Origin: Octopus vulgaris | Lineage: Eukaryota | Length of the DNA stretch: 64,000 nt | Direction: 5' to 3' | Assembly (NCBI GenBank): GCA_951406725.2 | Contig: OX597818.1 | Span: 121,644,001 to 121,708,000 of the forward strand | In this document: positions 23,250 to 36,843 of the stretch, in pieces | Numbering within the stretch: position 1 is the first letter of the stretch | Layout of the letters: each line of letters opens with the position of its first letter | Translations under genes and position numbers: made by a program | The notes under the pieces: model-generated | What the model saw: the letters and a program-made list of their open reading frames with translations, nothing else | The model's database searches: none | What the model was told of the DNA's origin: nothing

Positions 23250-26200
23250 TTTGAAAATTTTTTGAAAATTTCCATCAAAATTTTTGAAGAGTTTTTGGAA
23301 ATTTTGTGAAAAGGTTCTTAAAAAATTTTCATCAAAATTTTTGAGAATTTTCCTTAAAAATTTTTGAAAATTTTCCCCAAAAAATATTTGAAAAATTTCC
23401 CCAAAAGTTTTACTCAAAAAATTTTTGAACATTTCCACAAGAATATTTTCAAAAATTTTCCTAAAAAATTTTTGAATAATTTTTTGAAAATTTTCCTCAG
23501 AAATTTTTGAAAATTTTCCCCAAAGATTTTTGAACAATGTTTTTGAAAATTTACCTCAAAAATTTTTGAAAATTTCACTCAAATTTTTGAAAATTTTCCC
23601 CAAAAATTTTCTTCAAAATGTTTTGGGGAAAATTTTCAAAAGTTTTTGGGGGAAAAGTTTCAAAGATTTTTGGGGAAAATTTTCAAAACATTTTTCAAAA
23701 ATTTTTGGGGAAAATTTTCAAGTTTTCTTCAAGATTATTTGAAAATTTTCCTTAAAAATTTTTGAAAATTTTGCCCAAAACTTTTTGAAAATTTTTCCCA
23801 AAAATGTATGAAAATGTTTTTCAAAATTTTCCTCAAATTTTTTAAAACATTTTTGGGGAAAATTTTCAAAACTTTTCTGAAAAGTTTTCAAAAATTTTTA
23901 AGGAAAATTCTCAAAACATTTTTCAAAAACTTTTCTTCAAAACTTTTTGGCTAAAATTCTCAAAAATTTGGAGGAAAATTTTCCCCCATAGTTTTTAAAA
24001 ATTTTTCCCCCAAATTTTTGAAACTTTTTCCCTCAAAATTTTGAAAATTTTACCTAAAAATTTTATTAAAATTTTTTGAGAATTTTCCCCCAAAGTTTTT
24101 GAAAATTTCTCCCCAAAATTTTTGAAACTTTTTCCCCAAAAATTTTTGAAAATTTTACCCAAAAATTTTTGAAAAATTCTTTGAAACTTTTCCCCCAAAG
24201 ATTTTGAAAATTATTTTTCCCAAAAATTTTATTCAGAAATTTTTGAAAATTTTACCCCAAAATTTTTGAAACTTTTTCCCCAAAATTTTTGAAACTTTCC
24301 CCAAAAATTTTACACAAAAATATTTGAAAAATGTTTTGGGAATTTTCCCCCAAAGTTTCAAAAATTTTTGAAAAACATTTTGAGAATTTTACCCAAAGTG
24401 TAAATCTTGTGGCTAAAAATAGATTTTTATGTGGCTGTTGCTGCTGCTTTCTGTGTTTATATAGAGTGAATTCTGGTTTACTACTATAGTCAAGAGGCCT
24501 CACCATCCACCATACACCAGATTCCGCTTAACACTTAACAACTATGACGATGTCCCAAAAATTTTGGGGAAAATGTTTCAAAAATTTTTGGGTAAAATTT
24601 TCGGTGAAAATTTTCGAAAAATTTTGCGAAAATTTTCGAAGATTTTTGGGGAAAATTTTCAAAAATCTTTGGGTCTATCTCAAAAGGTTTTTCAAAAATT
24701 TTTGAAACTTTAGGGGAAAGTTCCAAAAAATTTTTCAAATATCTTTGTTGAAAATTTTTCGAAAATTTTCGAAAATTTGTGAAAAATATTTTTCCCAAAA
24801 ATTTTCAGAAATTTTTGAAAATTTTACCCCAAATTTTTGAAAAACCGTATAGCGAATATGCTCCATATGCTGGTCTATAAACGTCGACATCGTAATAGTT
24901 GTTAAGTGTAAAGCAGAATCTGGCGTATCGTAGATGGTGAGGCATGTTGACTGTAGTAGTAAACCAGAATTCACTCTATTTTCAGGAAAATTTTTCAAAA
25001 ATTTTTGGTGAAAATTTTCGATAAATTTTTGGGTAAAATTTTCGGTGAAAATTTTCCCAAAAATTTTATTCAGAAATTTTTGAAAATTTTCCCCCAAAAT
25101 TTTTGAAACTTTTTCCCCAAAATTTTTGAAACTTTTTCCCCAAAAATTTTACACAAAAATATCTGAAAAATTTTTTGGGAATTTTCCCCCAAAGTTTCAA
25201 AAATTTTTGAAAAACATTTTGAGAATTTTACCCAAAAATTTTTGAAAATTTTACCCAAAACTTTTCTTCAAAAATTTTAGAAAATTTTCCCCAAATTTTG
25301 AAACTTTTTGCCAAAGATTTATGAAAATTTTCCTGCTGCTTTCTGTGTATATATAGAGTGAATTCTGGTTTACTACCAGATTCTGCTTTACACTTAAAAA
25401 CTATGACGATGTCAACGTTTATAGAGCTCGGCATACTGAGCATATTCGTTATATGGTGTTTCGAAAATTTTCACCGAATATTTTGCACAAAAATTTTTCG
25501 AAAATTTTCACCAAAAATCTTTCGAAAATTTTATACAGAAATTTTTCGAAAATTTTCACCAAAAATTTTTCGAAAATTTTAACCGAAAATTTTCCCCGCG
25601 CTAAAAATAGATGTAAGTTATGGCTAATAATAGATATTTAGGTTGCTGCTGCTGCTTTCTGTGTATATATAGAGTGATACACCGGATTCTGCTTTACACT
25701 TAACAACTATGACGATGTCGACGTTTATAGACCTCAGCATATGGAGCATATTCGCTATATGGTTTTTCGAAAATTTTAACCGAAAATTTTCACAAAAAAT
25801 TTTTCGAGAATTTCCATCGAGTTAAAAATAGATATATGTTATGGCTAAAAATAGATCTTTAGGTGGCAACCGCTGCTGCTTTCTGTGTTTATATAGAGTG
25901 AATTCTGGCTTACTACTATAGTCAAGATTCTGCTTTACACTTAACAACTATGACGATGTCGACGTTTATGCATATGGAGCATATTCGTTATATGGTTATT
26001 CGAAAATTTTCACCGAAAATTTTATCCAAAAATTTTTCCAAAATTTTCCCCGAGCTAAAAATAGATTTATGTTATGGCTAAAAAAAAGATTCTTACGTGG
26101 CTGCTGCTTTCTGTGTATATATAGAGTGAATTCTGGTTTACTACTACATTCAAGATGCCTCACCATCCACTATACACTAGATTCTGCTTTACACTTAACA

Positions 26201-28425
26201 ATTATAACGATGTCGACGTTTATAAACTTCAGTATATGGAGCATTTTCACCGAAAATTTTATCCAAAAATTTTTCGAAAACTTTTGCCTAAAATCTTCCC
26301 AAAAATTTTTCGAAAATGTTCACCGAAAATTTTACCCAAAAATTTTTTTTTAATTTTCGCATAAATTTTTCGGAAATTTTCACGAAAATTTACCCCAAAA
26401 ATTTTCCGAAAATTTTCATCGAAAATTTTACCCAAACATTTATCGAAAATTTTCACGGAAAATTTTACCAAAATATTTTTCAAAAATTTTCACGGAAATT
26501 TTCCCAAAAATTTTCCGAAAATTTTACCCAAAAACTTTTCGAAAATTTTCACAAAATTTTACCCAAAAATTTTTGAAAATTTTCTGGAAAAATTTCTCAA
26601 AAATTTCTGCCGAAAATTTTCCCCAAAAATCTTCGAAAATTTTCGCAAAAATTTTTCGAAAATTTTCACCGAAAATTTTACCCAAAAATTTTCGAAAATT
26701 TTCGCAAAATTTTTACGAAAATTTTATCCAAAAATTTTTCACGGATATTGGCACCACTGGCCTTCCATACTTTGTGATATGGGCACCGCTGGCCTTCCAT
26801 ACTTTGTGATTTTAGCACCACTGGCCTTCCATACTCTTTGATTTTGGCACCAATGGCCTTCCATACTTTATGATTTGGGCACCGCTGGCCTTCCATACTT
26901 TAATATTTTGGCAACACTGACCTTCCATACTTTGCGATTTTACCACCGCTGGCATTGTGATTTTTCGAAAATTTTCCCCAAAAATTTTTGAAAAATTTTT
27001 TGATAATTTTCCCCCAAAGTTTTAAAAAATTTTCCCCCAAAATTTTTGAAACTTTTTCCCCAAAAATTTTTGAATATTTTACCCCAAAATTTTTAAAAAA
27101 TTTTTTGAGAATTTTCCCCCAAAGCTTTTGAAATTTTTTCCCCAAACTTTTTGAAACTTTTTCCCTAAAAATTTTTGAAAATTTTACCCTAAACTTTTGA
27201 AAAATATTTTGAAAATTTTCCCCAAAACTTTTTGAAAATTTTCCCCAAAAATTTTTGAAAAATTTTTTGAAAATTTTCCCCAAAACTTTTCCCCCAAATT
27301 TTGAAACTTTTTGCCAAAGAATTTTGAAAATTTTCCCCCAAATTTTCTTCAAAAATTTTTGAAAATTTTCCCCCAAATCATTTAAAAATTTTTCCCCAAA
27401 ATTTTTGAAACTTTTTCCCCAAAAATTTTTGCAAAATTTTTTGAAACTTTTCCCCCAAAGTTTTTGAAAATAAGTTTTCCCAAAAACTTCATTCAGAAAT
27501 TTCTGAAAATTTTTGAAACTTTTTCCCCAAAAATTAAAAAAAAATTTTGGGGGAAAATTTTTTAAAATCTTTTGCAAAATGTTTCAAAATTTGGGGAAAT
27601 TTTCTAAAAGTTTTGAAGAAAATTTTTGGGTAAAATTCTCAAAATGCTTTTCAAAAATTCCCCAAAAATTTTTCAAATATTTTTGTGTGAAATTTTTGGA
27701 GAAAATGTTTCAAAAATTCTGGGAAAAGTTTAAAAAATTTTGGGGTAAAATTTTCAAAAATTTCTGAAAATTTTTGGGAAAAATATTTTTCACAAATTTT
27801 CGAAAATTTTCCCCCATAATTTTTGAAACTTTTTCCTCAAAAAGTTTTGAAAATTTTACCCAAAAATATTTGATAAATTTTTTGAATATTTTCCCCCAAA
27901 TTTTTTGAAAAACATTCTGAAAATTTTCCTCAAAAAATTCTTGAAATTTTTCCCCAAAATTTTCTTCAAAAGATTTTGAAAATTTTCACCCAGTCTTTGA
28001 AAATTTTTCCCCAAAATGTTTGAAACTTTTTCCCCAAAAATTTTCATCAAAAATTTTTGAAAATTTTTCCCCAAAATTTTTAAAACTTTCTCCCTAAAAA
28101 TTTTTGAAAATTTTACCCAAAAATAAAAAAAAAATTTTTTGAGAATTTTCCCTCAAAGTTTTTGAAAATTTATCCCAAAAATTTTTGAAACTTTTCCCCA
28201 AAAATTTTTGAAAAATATTTTGAGAATTTTCCCCCCAAAGTTTTTGGGAAAAATTTTCTTCAGAAATTTTTGAAAATTTTCCCCGAACATAATTGAAAAA
28301 TATTTTGAAAATTTTCTTCAAAAAATGTTTGAAAATTTTTCCCCAAAACATTCTTGAAAAATTTTTGAAAATTTTCCCCAAAAAGGTTCTTCAAAAATTT
28401 TTGATTATTTTTTCCAAAAAACTGA
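23250..28425. repeat. Complex A/T-tract satellite built on GAAAATTTT/CCCCAAAA motifs
   Basis: About 5.2 kb of short quasi-palindromic units with strand switches, interspersed ~150-bp cassettes and a 32-bp minisatellite. Confidence 0.9.
26748..26960. repeat. 32-bp minisatellite, about 6.5 copies
   Basis: ttggcaccactggccttccatactttgtgatt; GCACC-like motif recurs at 26751, 26783, 26815, 26847, 26879, 26911. Confidence 0.92.
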
Positions 28426-28429
28426 TTTA

Positions 28430-28670
28430 ACATAAATTTGAGACACCAGCAAAAGAAAAAATAAAGATAGACTTTTTGTTCTATTCCAAAGAAAAACGAT
28501 TTCCCACGGCTTTATCGATAGCATTTTCACCTGGTATCGATTTTTATAATTTTTTCAAGACTTATACACGCCCTGATACCGCCGGTATCTACATATCAAA
28601 TTTGAGCGCTATCGTATGGAGGATGCCCGAGATCCTAGAAGCTACACACACACAGAACGGATTTTATTTA

Positions 28671-28673
<3 letters not shown>
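28430..28673 (-). mobile_element. Probable Helitron 5' end abutting the satellite
   Basis: Ends ...acacacacagaacggattttatttaagat (minus: A|TCTTAAATAAAA), same style as the 5' end of the 38632-39025 Helitron. Confidence 0.45.
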
Positions 28674-28711
<38 letters not shown>

Positions 28712-28880
28712 GAAGCACATAGCCTAGTGAATAGAGCAGCGGACTCGTGGGTTCGAATCCCAGACGGGGGCATATGTGTGTTTACGAGCGAAAGCACCTA
28801 ACCTTGTTTGGATTGACTAAATATATATATATATAAATATATATATATATATGTATGTATGTGTGTGCGTGTGTATATAG

Positions 28881-28919
<39 letters not shown>

Positions 28920-30068
28920 AATATATAATATATATATATATAAATTAATAAATAAAATATATGCATACATACATACATATATGTACGTACCTACATCTAC
29001 ATGTATATATACATGCATATATAAATATATATATGTGAGTACAGGACACCACAAATAGACGTAGAACTCAATGAGAAACGAAAACGTAAAAACAAACATG
29101 GAAACGGACTTTTTTTAACAACGAAAAAACAGAGTACAAGACAAACAATACAAGGAAAATTCCCCTTCATCAACTGTCCCTAGTTCGACTCCATGCGTGT
29201 TTCGAAGGTAAGGACAGAACACGACTCGTCGAACTAGCCCTTCCTGCGAAAGAATTAAACAAAATTCCTTTGCAGAGGGGTAAAGACAAGGAAAGAAAAA
29301 AATGTGACAAAAATAGGACGTAAAAACAATACAAATAAAAAAACAAATACAAAATAAAAATACAAATACAAAAAAATACAATACAAGTAAAGAATAAAAA
29401 CAGGACAAGTAAACAAACATTGAGGGCCTTTTATTAGCCTAGACGTGTGAGAGATGAGGAGGAGTGAGAGAGAGAGATAGAGAGGAAAGGAAACCAGAAA
29501 GGGTGAAAAATAAGAAGGAGAGAGACAGGCACAGAGGAAGACAGACAGGAAGGAAGGGAAGGTCAAGCAAAAGGTTACAGTGTTTCGCGTCATAATTATA
29601 TATAAAAACTTACTTGGAGAACAGAAAAGAAACGAAACGACGCGAGGGCGCTCAGTCATATATATTGTGGCACTCCGTCGGTTACGACGACGAAGGTTCC
29701 AGTTGATTAGATCAACGGAACAGCCTGCTCGTCAAATTAACGGGCAAGTGGCTGAGCACTCCACAGACATGTGTACCCTTAACGTAGTTCTCGGGGAGAT
29801 TAAGCGTGACACAGAGTGTGACAAGGTTGGCCCTTTGAAATACAGGTACAAGAGAAGCAGGAAGAAAAAATGAGAAAAAGTTGCGAGGAAAGAGTACAGC
29901 AGGGTTCACCACCACACCCTGCCTGATGAGCCTCGTGGAGCTCTAGGTGTTTTCGCTCAATAAACACTCACAACGCCCGGTTTGGGAATCGAAACCGTGA
30001 TCCTACAACCGCGAGCCCGCTGCCCTAACCACTGGGCGTCTCCACACATACACACACACGTGCACACA

Positions 30069-30115
<47 letters not shown>

Positions 30116-30314
30116 ATACACACATATCTATACAGAAAAAAAACACGAAAGAAAAAATTACGAAAGAAAGATAAACTCAAAGTAAGGTTATTAAAATGTC
30201 GATAATCTCCCCTTTGGAAATTGCGTCACCGATTACATCATCTTTCAAGAACTCTACAGGTAGAACACTAAGCCATCAACACTACCAGTAGCATTAACAA
30301 CTTTTAAAAAATAT

Positions 30315-30530
30315 ACTATCATCTCTGTCATCATCATCATCATCATAATTAGTATCATCGTCATCATCATCACCATCATCATCATTATCATCGTCATCAT
30401 CATTAGTGTCATCATCATCATCATTATCACGTCGATGACAGCGATGACTACCGCCACTATTACTACTAAGTCCACCATTTCAATTACAATCAACAATCTT
30501 CATCATTTGCATTCATTACCTTCACCATGG

Positions 30531-30599
<69 letters not shown>

Positions 30600-30690
30600 C
30601 CGCCGCTGCTGCTGCTGTCTCTGCTGCTGCTGCTGCTTCCACAGCTGCTACCCACCTCCCTGCTATCACCATCATTACAATCAGCACCGT
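30315..30690. repeat. Compound (CAT)n/(CTA)n/(CTG)n trinucleotide repeats
   Basis: Direct reading. Confidence 0.9.
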
Positions 30691-30756
30691 CTTCCTTCTA
30701 CTTACTTTCGTGGGGCCAATTAAGGAGCTTGTTCGCAGGTCGCTCGACTTGCTAGA

Positions 30757-30992
30757 TACCTATTTCTTTATTACCCACAAGGGGCTAAACATAGAGGGGA
30801 CAAACAAGGACAGACATAGGTATTAAGTCGATTACATCGACCCCAGTGCGTAACTGGTGCTTAATTTATCGACCCCGAAAGGATGACAGGCAAAGTCGAC
30901 CTCGGCGGAATTTGAACTCACAACGTAACGGCAGACGAAATACTGCAAAGCATTTCGCCCGGTGTGCTAATGCTTCTGCCAGCTCGCCTACC
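30757..30992 (-). mobile_element. Young family-B SINE, near-identical to copy at 46216-46450
   Basis: ctagatacc on both flanks (TSD-like); body nearly identical to 46216-46450. Confidence 0.85.
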
Positions 30993-31448
30993 TTCTAGAT
31001 ACCGCATCTAAATCTCCCTCAAATCTCGCACTACCGTCTTAAAACGGGAAGGAAGCAGACACAATAGTTGCAGATATAGAAATAGGGTGATGGTCAACGG
31101 TCAAATGGCTCCGTTTATGGGGCTGATCTGGAGATGACAGTAACAACAGCAGCAGCAACTGCAACACCAACATCAACAACGACTACTGCTGTTGCTGCTA
31201 CTACTACTACTACTACTACTACTACTAATCGATGATTAGAGCTTAGAAATAGCAGCCTATTCTCCACCTAACAAAAACCTGTGTTAAAAATGGGACGAAT
31301 ACTTTATATAAGTATATACACAATGCACGGAAGGAAGAGATTATATACACAATGCATGAAAGAAAGAAAGAAAAAAGAAAAAAAACAATAGAAAGCAAAT
31401 GCATAGAATAAAAAAAACAGCAAAGCGAATCGATGGACTTTACTACTT

Positions 31449-31511
<63 letters not shown>

Positions 31512-31609
31512 TAGTAGAAGACACTTGCCCAAGGTGCTATGTAGTGGTACTGAACTTGGAACCATGTGGTTGGGAAGCTAACTTCTTGTCATATAGCCAC
31601 GCCTACCAC

Positions 31610-31793
31610 GTGTGTACCGTTGGCGATTTTTTTTCCTCCGTCTTCCCTTCTCTGGATCTTTCCTTCTCCTATGTTTCCGACGAAGAGCTCCGCTCGAAAC
31701 GTTAAACCCTCCTTCTTTCCTGACCGTCCAATAATACTATATTTGTTCCACGTCCTCGCGTTGTTGTGTTTTTTTGTGCTTACTTGTTTGGAT

Positions 31794-31797
<4 letters not shown>
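31610..31797 (+). mobile_element. Short hammerhead-bearing Penelope-like element (copy 1, U4C core change)
   Basis: GTTT CCGACGA A GAGC tcc GCTC GAAA CG TT AAAC at 31673-31707; ends in (TA)n; second copy at 53066-53238. Confidence 0.7.
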
Positions 31798-31832
<35 letters not shown>

Positions 31833-31960
31833 GCCTCTGCTCGCTCAGTCCATGTGTTTATCTCGTTGTGGCAGCATCCCTGTTGTGTTTTTCTCAGTGT
31901 GTTTTGTTTTAGTTTTGTATGTCTTTTGTTATTATTTTACAATAATTAGTTGTGTGAGGC

Positions 31961-33515
31961 ATGAGTCTTAAGAAGAAAAAGCTGATTACGATAGAATTAA
32001 AGAAGGAAATCAGTGATAAAAACATGAGAGAGGAGTGCGTATAGTGGACATAGCACGTCAATACGACCGAAGCACGTCGACAATCTGCACCATCCTAAAG
32101 AGAAAGGATGAGATCAAGGCCGTTAAAACAGCAAAAAGTGTCTCCAGGCTCTCGAAGCAACGCACATCTGTCCAAGAAAGATTGAAAAATTGCTTTTCCT
32201 GTGGATTAGCGAGAAGCAGCTCGCAGCAGATACGATTATGGAGACAATCATCTGGGATATAACTCGAGTGCTGTATGGGGATCTCCTGAAGCAGAACATC
32301 GACGGAGGAGACATCAGCTGACGCATTTAAGGCCAGTTACGGTTGGTTTGACTATTTCAAGAAGAGGACTGGTGTTCACAGCATCTTCAGGTATGATGGA
32401 GCGTCGAGTTCTGTCTGACACGAAGGCAGCCGAGGAATACATCGCACAACAGGTATCCAACTGTGATGAAACTGGCATTTTTTGAAAAACAATTGTCCAG
32501 GAGAACCTATATAACTGCAGAGGAGAGGAAAATGCCAGGCCACAAGCCTATGAAAGATAGGCCAACTCTCGCCCTTTGTGCCAATGCGAGTGGAGACTTG
32601 AAGATTAAGCAGCTCCTTGTCTACCATTCCCAAAACCCACGAGCGTTCAAAACGCACAAAACCCCGAAGGAGAAACTGCAGGTCATGTGGAGGCAAACAT
32701 TAGAGTCTTAGTCACTAGGTAATTCTTCACCGAGTTATTTTCAGACCAGCAGTGAAAAAGAATCTTCTGGAGAACGGTCTTCCTTTCAAGGTCTTCCTTT
32801 CAAGGTCCCCCTCTTCCTCGATATTGCTCCTGTTCACCCACTAACTTCGAAAAGGATATCCTGGACGAATTGAAATTCATAAAAGTTCTGTACCTTTCAC
32901 GCAACACCACCCCTGTCTTGCAGCCCATGGACCAACAGATGATGTCTAATTTTAAGAAATTGTACGCCAAACCCCTGTTTCGTTGGTCACCGAAAATACA
33001 AATCTAACCATTCGTGAGTTTTAGAAGGAACACTACAACATTAACTGCCTGAAAAATCGATATGGCCTTGCAGGGTGTAACGAGGAGAACCCTGAATTCT
33101 GTATGGAGATAACTGTGACCTGACCGCGTATCCGAAAGAGACTTCGATGAGTTTGAGTCTGTGACACCAGTAGTCGAGAAGGCGGTGTCTCTTGGCAAGT
33201 CCATGAGCACTGATGTTGACGGTGGGGACATTAACGATCTCGTCGAGGAAGACTCAGAGAAGCTGACAACAGATGAACTCCTGCAGCTTCAAGAGCAGCA
33301 GCATTCGGATGCGGTGGAAGAGATTGGTTCCCCGGAGGAGGATAATGTAGCAGAGAATGCTATCACTACGAGTGACATAAAGGCAATGTTGGCAAAGTGG
33401 CAGTATGTTTGAATTTGTAGAAAAATATCATCATGAAAAAGTATCTACAGGTCGTGCAGTTGCTTTATTTAATTACACTGCCCTGGCACATTTTCGTAAC
33501 ATTTTGAAAGGCAAG
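31961..33515 (+). pseudogene. Decayed Tigger/pogo (CENP-B-like HTH plus DDE) transposase
   Basis: MSLKKKKLITIELKKEI..RIVDIARQYDRSTSTICTILK; FKASYGWFD.FKKR; KPMKDRPTLALCANASGDLKIK.LLVYHSQNPRAFK; NTTPVLQPMDQ; multiple frameshifts and stops. Confidence 0.88.
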
Positions 33516-34428
33516 CATGTTATGGAAGAAACACCGGGTGCGAACCTTCACTGTCTTATGAGTGTCTTTGCGAAAGTCAAAGGTTAGCGAAGTCCTTCTG
33601 GCGGCTCGGTACTCCCATTGAAACCCTTCAGGCAACTCCGGAATAGGTGGAGCTCACCAGCTTTGTAAAGTAATTCACTTTGGAGAAGGCCTCTCCAATT
33701 GAAACATACGTGTTATTGATCATCGCATCCATTTTTTGGCCCACTGAGCCACTGCGATTAGACCTCCAAGTATAAAGAGTGAGATTTGATTTTGAGGACT
33801 ACTTCTCTTGTGAACTGGTCTAGAGGAGGACAAATACCCGTCAAATGTAAATAATGTAAATAATGTACATAATTCCTCATCTCTTAGATATAGAACTGTA
33901 CAGGCCAGATATCGTCTTCAGTTTTCGGACAAGTAAATGTCTCATTTGAAAGGACAATTTACATAAAAGAAATTGAAAAAAATAGAAAGACTTAAATATA
34001 AAGACGTAGTAGAAATGTTTATTATTGTCAGAATGGAACGAGATTTGTAGACTCATTTGAATGTTGGATAAAGCCTCTCAGTAATTTTTTACATTTGACT
34101 TTAAATCCTACCGAAGGACACTATTTTCCCTATTTCTGGTATTCGGTAAATGACAGTATCAGTCTTGTATCGAGATCGATATAATCAATTAACTCCCAAC
34201 CCTAAAAATCACTGACCTTGTGTGTATGTTAGAATTAATAATCTTTAGTGCTAGAAATCATTATTTGGTTCTAAGGAGTGGCTGTGTGATAAGTAGCTTG
34301 CTAACCAACCACATGGTTCTGGGTTCAGTCCCACTGCGTGGAATCTTGGGCAAGTGTCTTCTGCTATAGCCCCGGGCCGACCAATGCCTTGTGAGTGGAT
34401 TTGGTAGACGGAAACTGAAAGAAGCCTG

Positions 34429-34506
<78 letters not shown>

Positions 34507-36811
34507 GTGTGTGTGTGTGTTTGTGTGTGTTTGTCTCCCTAGCATTGCTTGACAACCGATGCTGGTGTGTTTACGTCCCCGTCACTTAGCGGTTCGGCAA
34601 AAGAGACCGATAGAATAAGTATTGGGCTTACAAAGAATAAGTCCCGGGGTCGATTTGCTCGACTAAAGGCGATGCTCCAGCATGGCCACAGTCAAATGAC
34701 TGAAACAAGTAAAAGAGTAAGAGTATTGCGCGACCAGATACTGCAACAGCTTGGGTTTCAAGGGCCCAGATTTCTGCAATATCCTCTCAAAAAGTCTGAG
34801 AGACTTACATGGGTGGATGTAGCCGTCTTCAACAAAACAAAACTGGATGTCCTCCTGTCAAGAGTTCTGGGTGAACCTACCTCGCGGCAAGGAACGTAGA
34901 TGAGGGTAATAACATCAAACTCCCTCATTCGTCAAATGTCATATATCAGATGAGGTTTCAAGTAGTGAAAAATGTAGCAAAGCTAACGGCGGTGTCCCAG
35001 TATGGCCACAACTTACGAGCTGAAACTAGTAAAGGAAAAAAATTACCATTGGTCATAATAATAAGAACCAATCTTGGTTCTATTCGAGATACTAGACATT
35101 GGCTTATTATTAAATGAGTTTTAATACATTTTTGTGTTGGAGTGTGCGTCGACCAAACCGATCTCAATACTTAATTTATTGATTCCATACCGTGGTAGAA
35201 AGAAATGCAGAATCGTCCTCGATAGGGTATGAAATCAAAACGTTAAGAGGTGAAACTAAATCTGACACTAGCAATGCCATCATAACGGCTTCTAACTTAG
35301 GCCAAGATCAGCAGTTTTGAGAGTCAATTTTATCAATTCAATACTTGACAGATATTTCATTTTATCGACGCCGAAAAGATGAAAGGCAAAGTTGACCCAG
35401 GGACTTGAATTCAGATAGTAAATAGCTGTAATTACATGTTGCAAAGCATTTTGCATGACACTCTACCAATTCTGCGAATTCTCGGTAAATATTTGTAAAT
35501 TTAAGGTTCAAATTTTTGAATACGGTCAATAGTATTAGGGTAATGGTGTAAGCCTATTACATTGAACCCCTGCTCAACTGGTATTTATTTTATTGACTTT
35601 GAAAGGACGAAAGTATTTGAACTCAGAACGTAAAAAAACCCCCCAAAAAACAGGAGAAATACCGCTAATGATTCTACGAGCTCGTTACCTTAACGTTTGT
35701 AAATTTCTACTAAGAAATGTGCAGGCGGGCTGTATGGTAAGAAGCCTGCTTCCCAACCACATGGTTCTGGGTTCAGTCCCACTGCGTGACACCTTGGACA
35801 AGCGTCTTCTGTTATAGTCTTGGGCCGACCAAAGCCTTGTGTGTGGATTTGGTAGATGGAAACTGAAAGACGCCCACCGTGTGTGTGTGTGTGTGTGTGT
35901 GTGTGTTCCTTTGTGTCTGTGTTTGTCCCCCACCATCACCCAACAACCGTTGTTGGTGCGTTTATGTCCCCGTAACTAAGTGATTCGGCAAAGAGATCGA
36001 TAGAATAAGTATCGACTTTCAAAAAATAACTACTGGGGTCAATTAATTCAACTAGAAACAGTTCATCAAGGCGGTGCTCCAGCATAGCCGCTGTCTAATG
36101 GCTGAAAGAAGTAAAAGATAAATATACATGGCTGTGTGGTAAGAAGCTTGCTTCTCAACTACATGGTTCCGAGTTCAGTCCCACTGCTTGGCACATTGAG
36201 CAAGTGTCTTCTACTAGAGCCTCGGGCCGACCAAAGCCTTGTGAGTAGATTTGGGATTTAGTTAAACTGATTTACAAAATATGCATTTTTTAAAAAGGAA
36301 GTAAAAAATCTGAAAATCGGCTAAAATAGTGTAGTTTTCCATTATTATATTGTCATGAAGGTATGATGCTGTGGAGACAAAAATTGAAGGAAAAAGTTAC
36401 CTGTGTATTTTTAGCCAATAGCGAGACAAATTTCCTGCGTTTAGCGGAGCGGTGTCAACTTTAAGGTTGTACCCCTTGAAATTTATAGTTTAGCGTCTGT
36501 GAAATGACCTCTTCAGTGTAGGTTTCTAAATAAACAGAAATACCTGATAAAATCATCATACTGTTTCTTTTGTCCCTTCTTTGATGGTATACTCTTTTTT
36601 CTCTTTTACTTGTTTCAGTCATTTGACTGCGGCCATGCTGGAGCACCACCTTTAGTCGAGCAAATCGACTCCGGGACTTATTCTTTGTAAGCCCAGTACT
36701 TTTTCTATCGGTCTCTTTTTGCCGAACTGCTAAGTAACGGGGACATAAACACACCAGCATCGGTTGTCAAGCAATGCTAGGGGGACAAAAACAGACACAC
36801 AAACATACACG

Positions 36812-36843
<32 letters not shown>

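Noticed and set aside
26748-26960. CRISPR-like appearance of 32-bp repeats
   Set aside because: Units are contiguous with no unique spacers, there are no cas genes, and the context is eukaryotic; it is a minisatellite.
23232-28381. Numerous K/F/I-rich ORFs up to 225 aa
   Set aside because: Stop-poor translations of the GAAAATTTT satellite in several frames and both strands; no splice or domain support.
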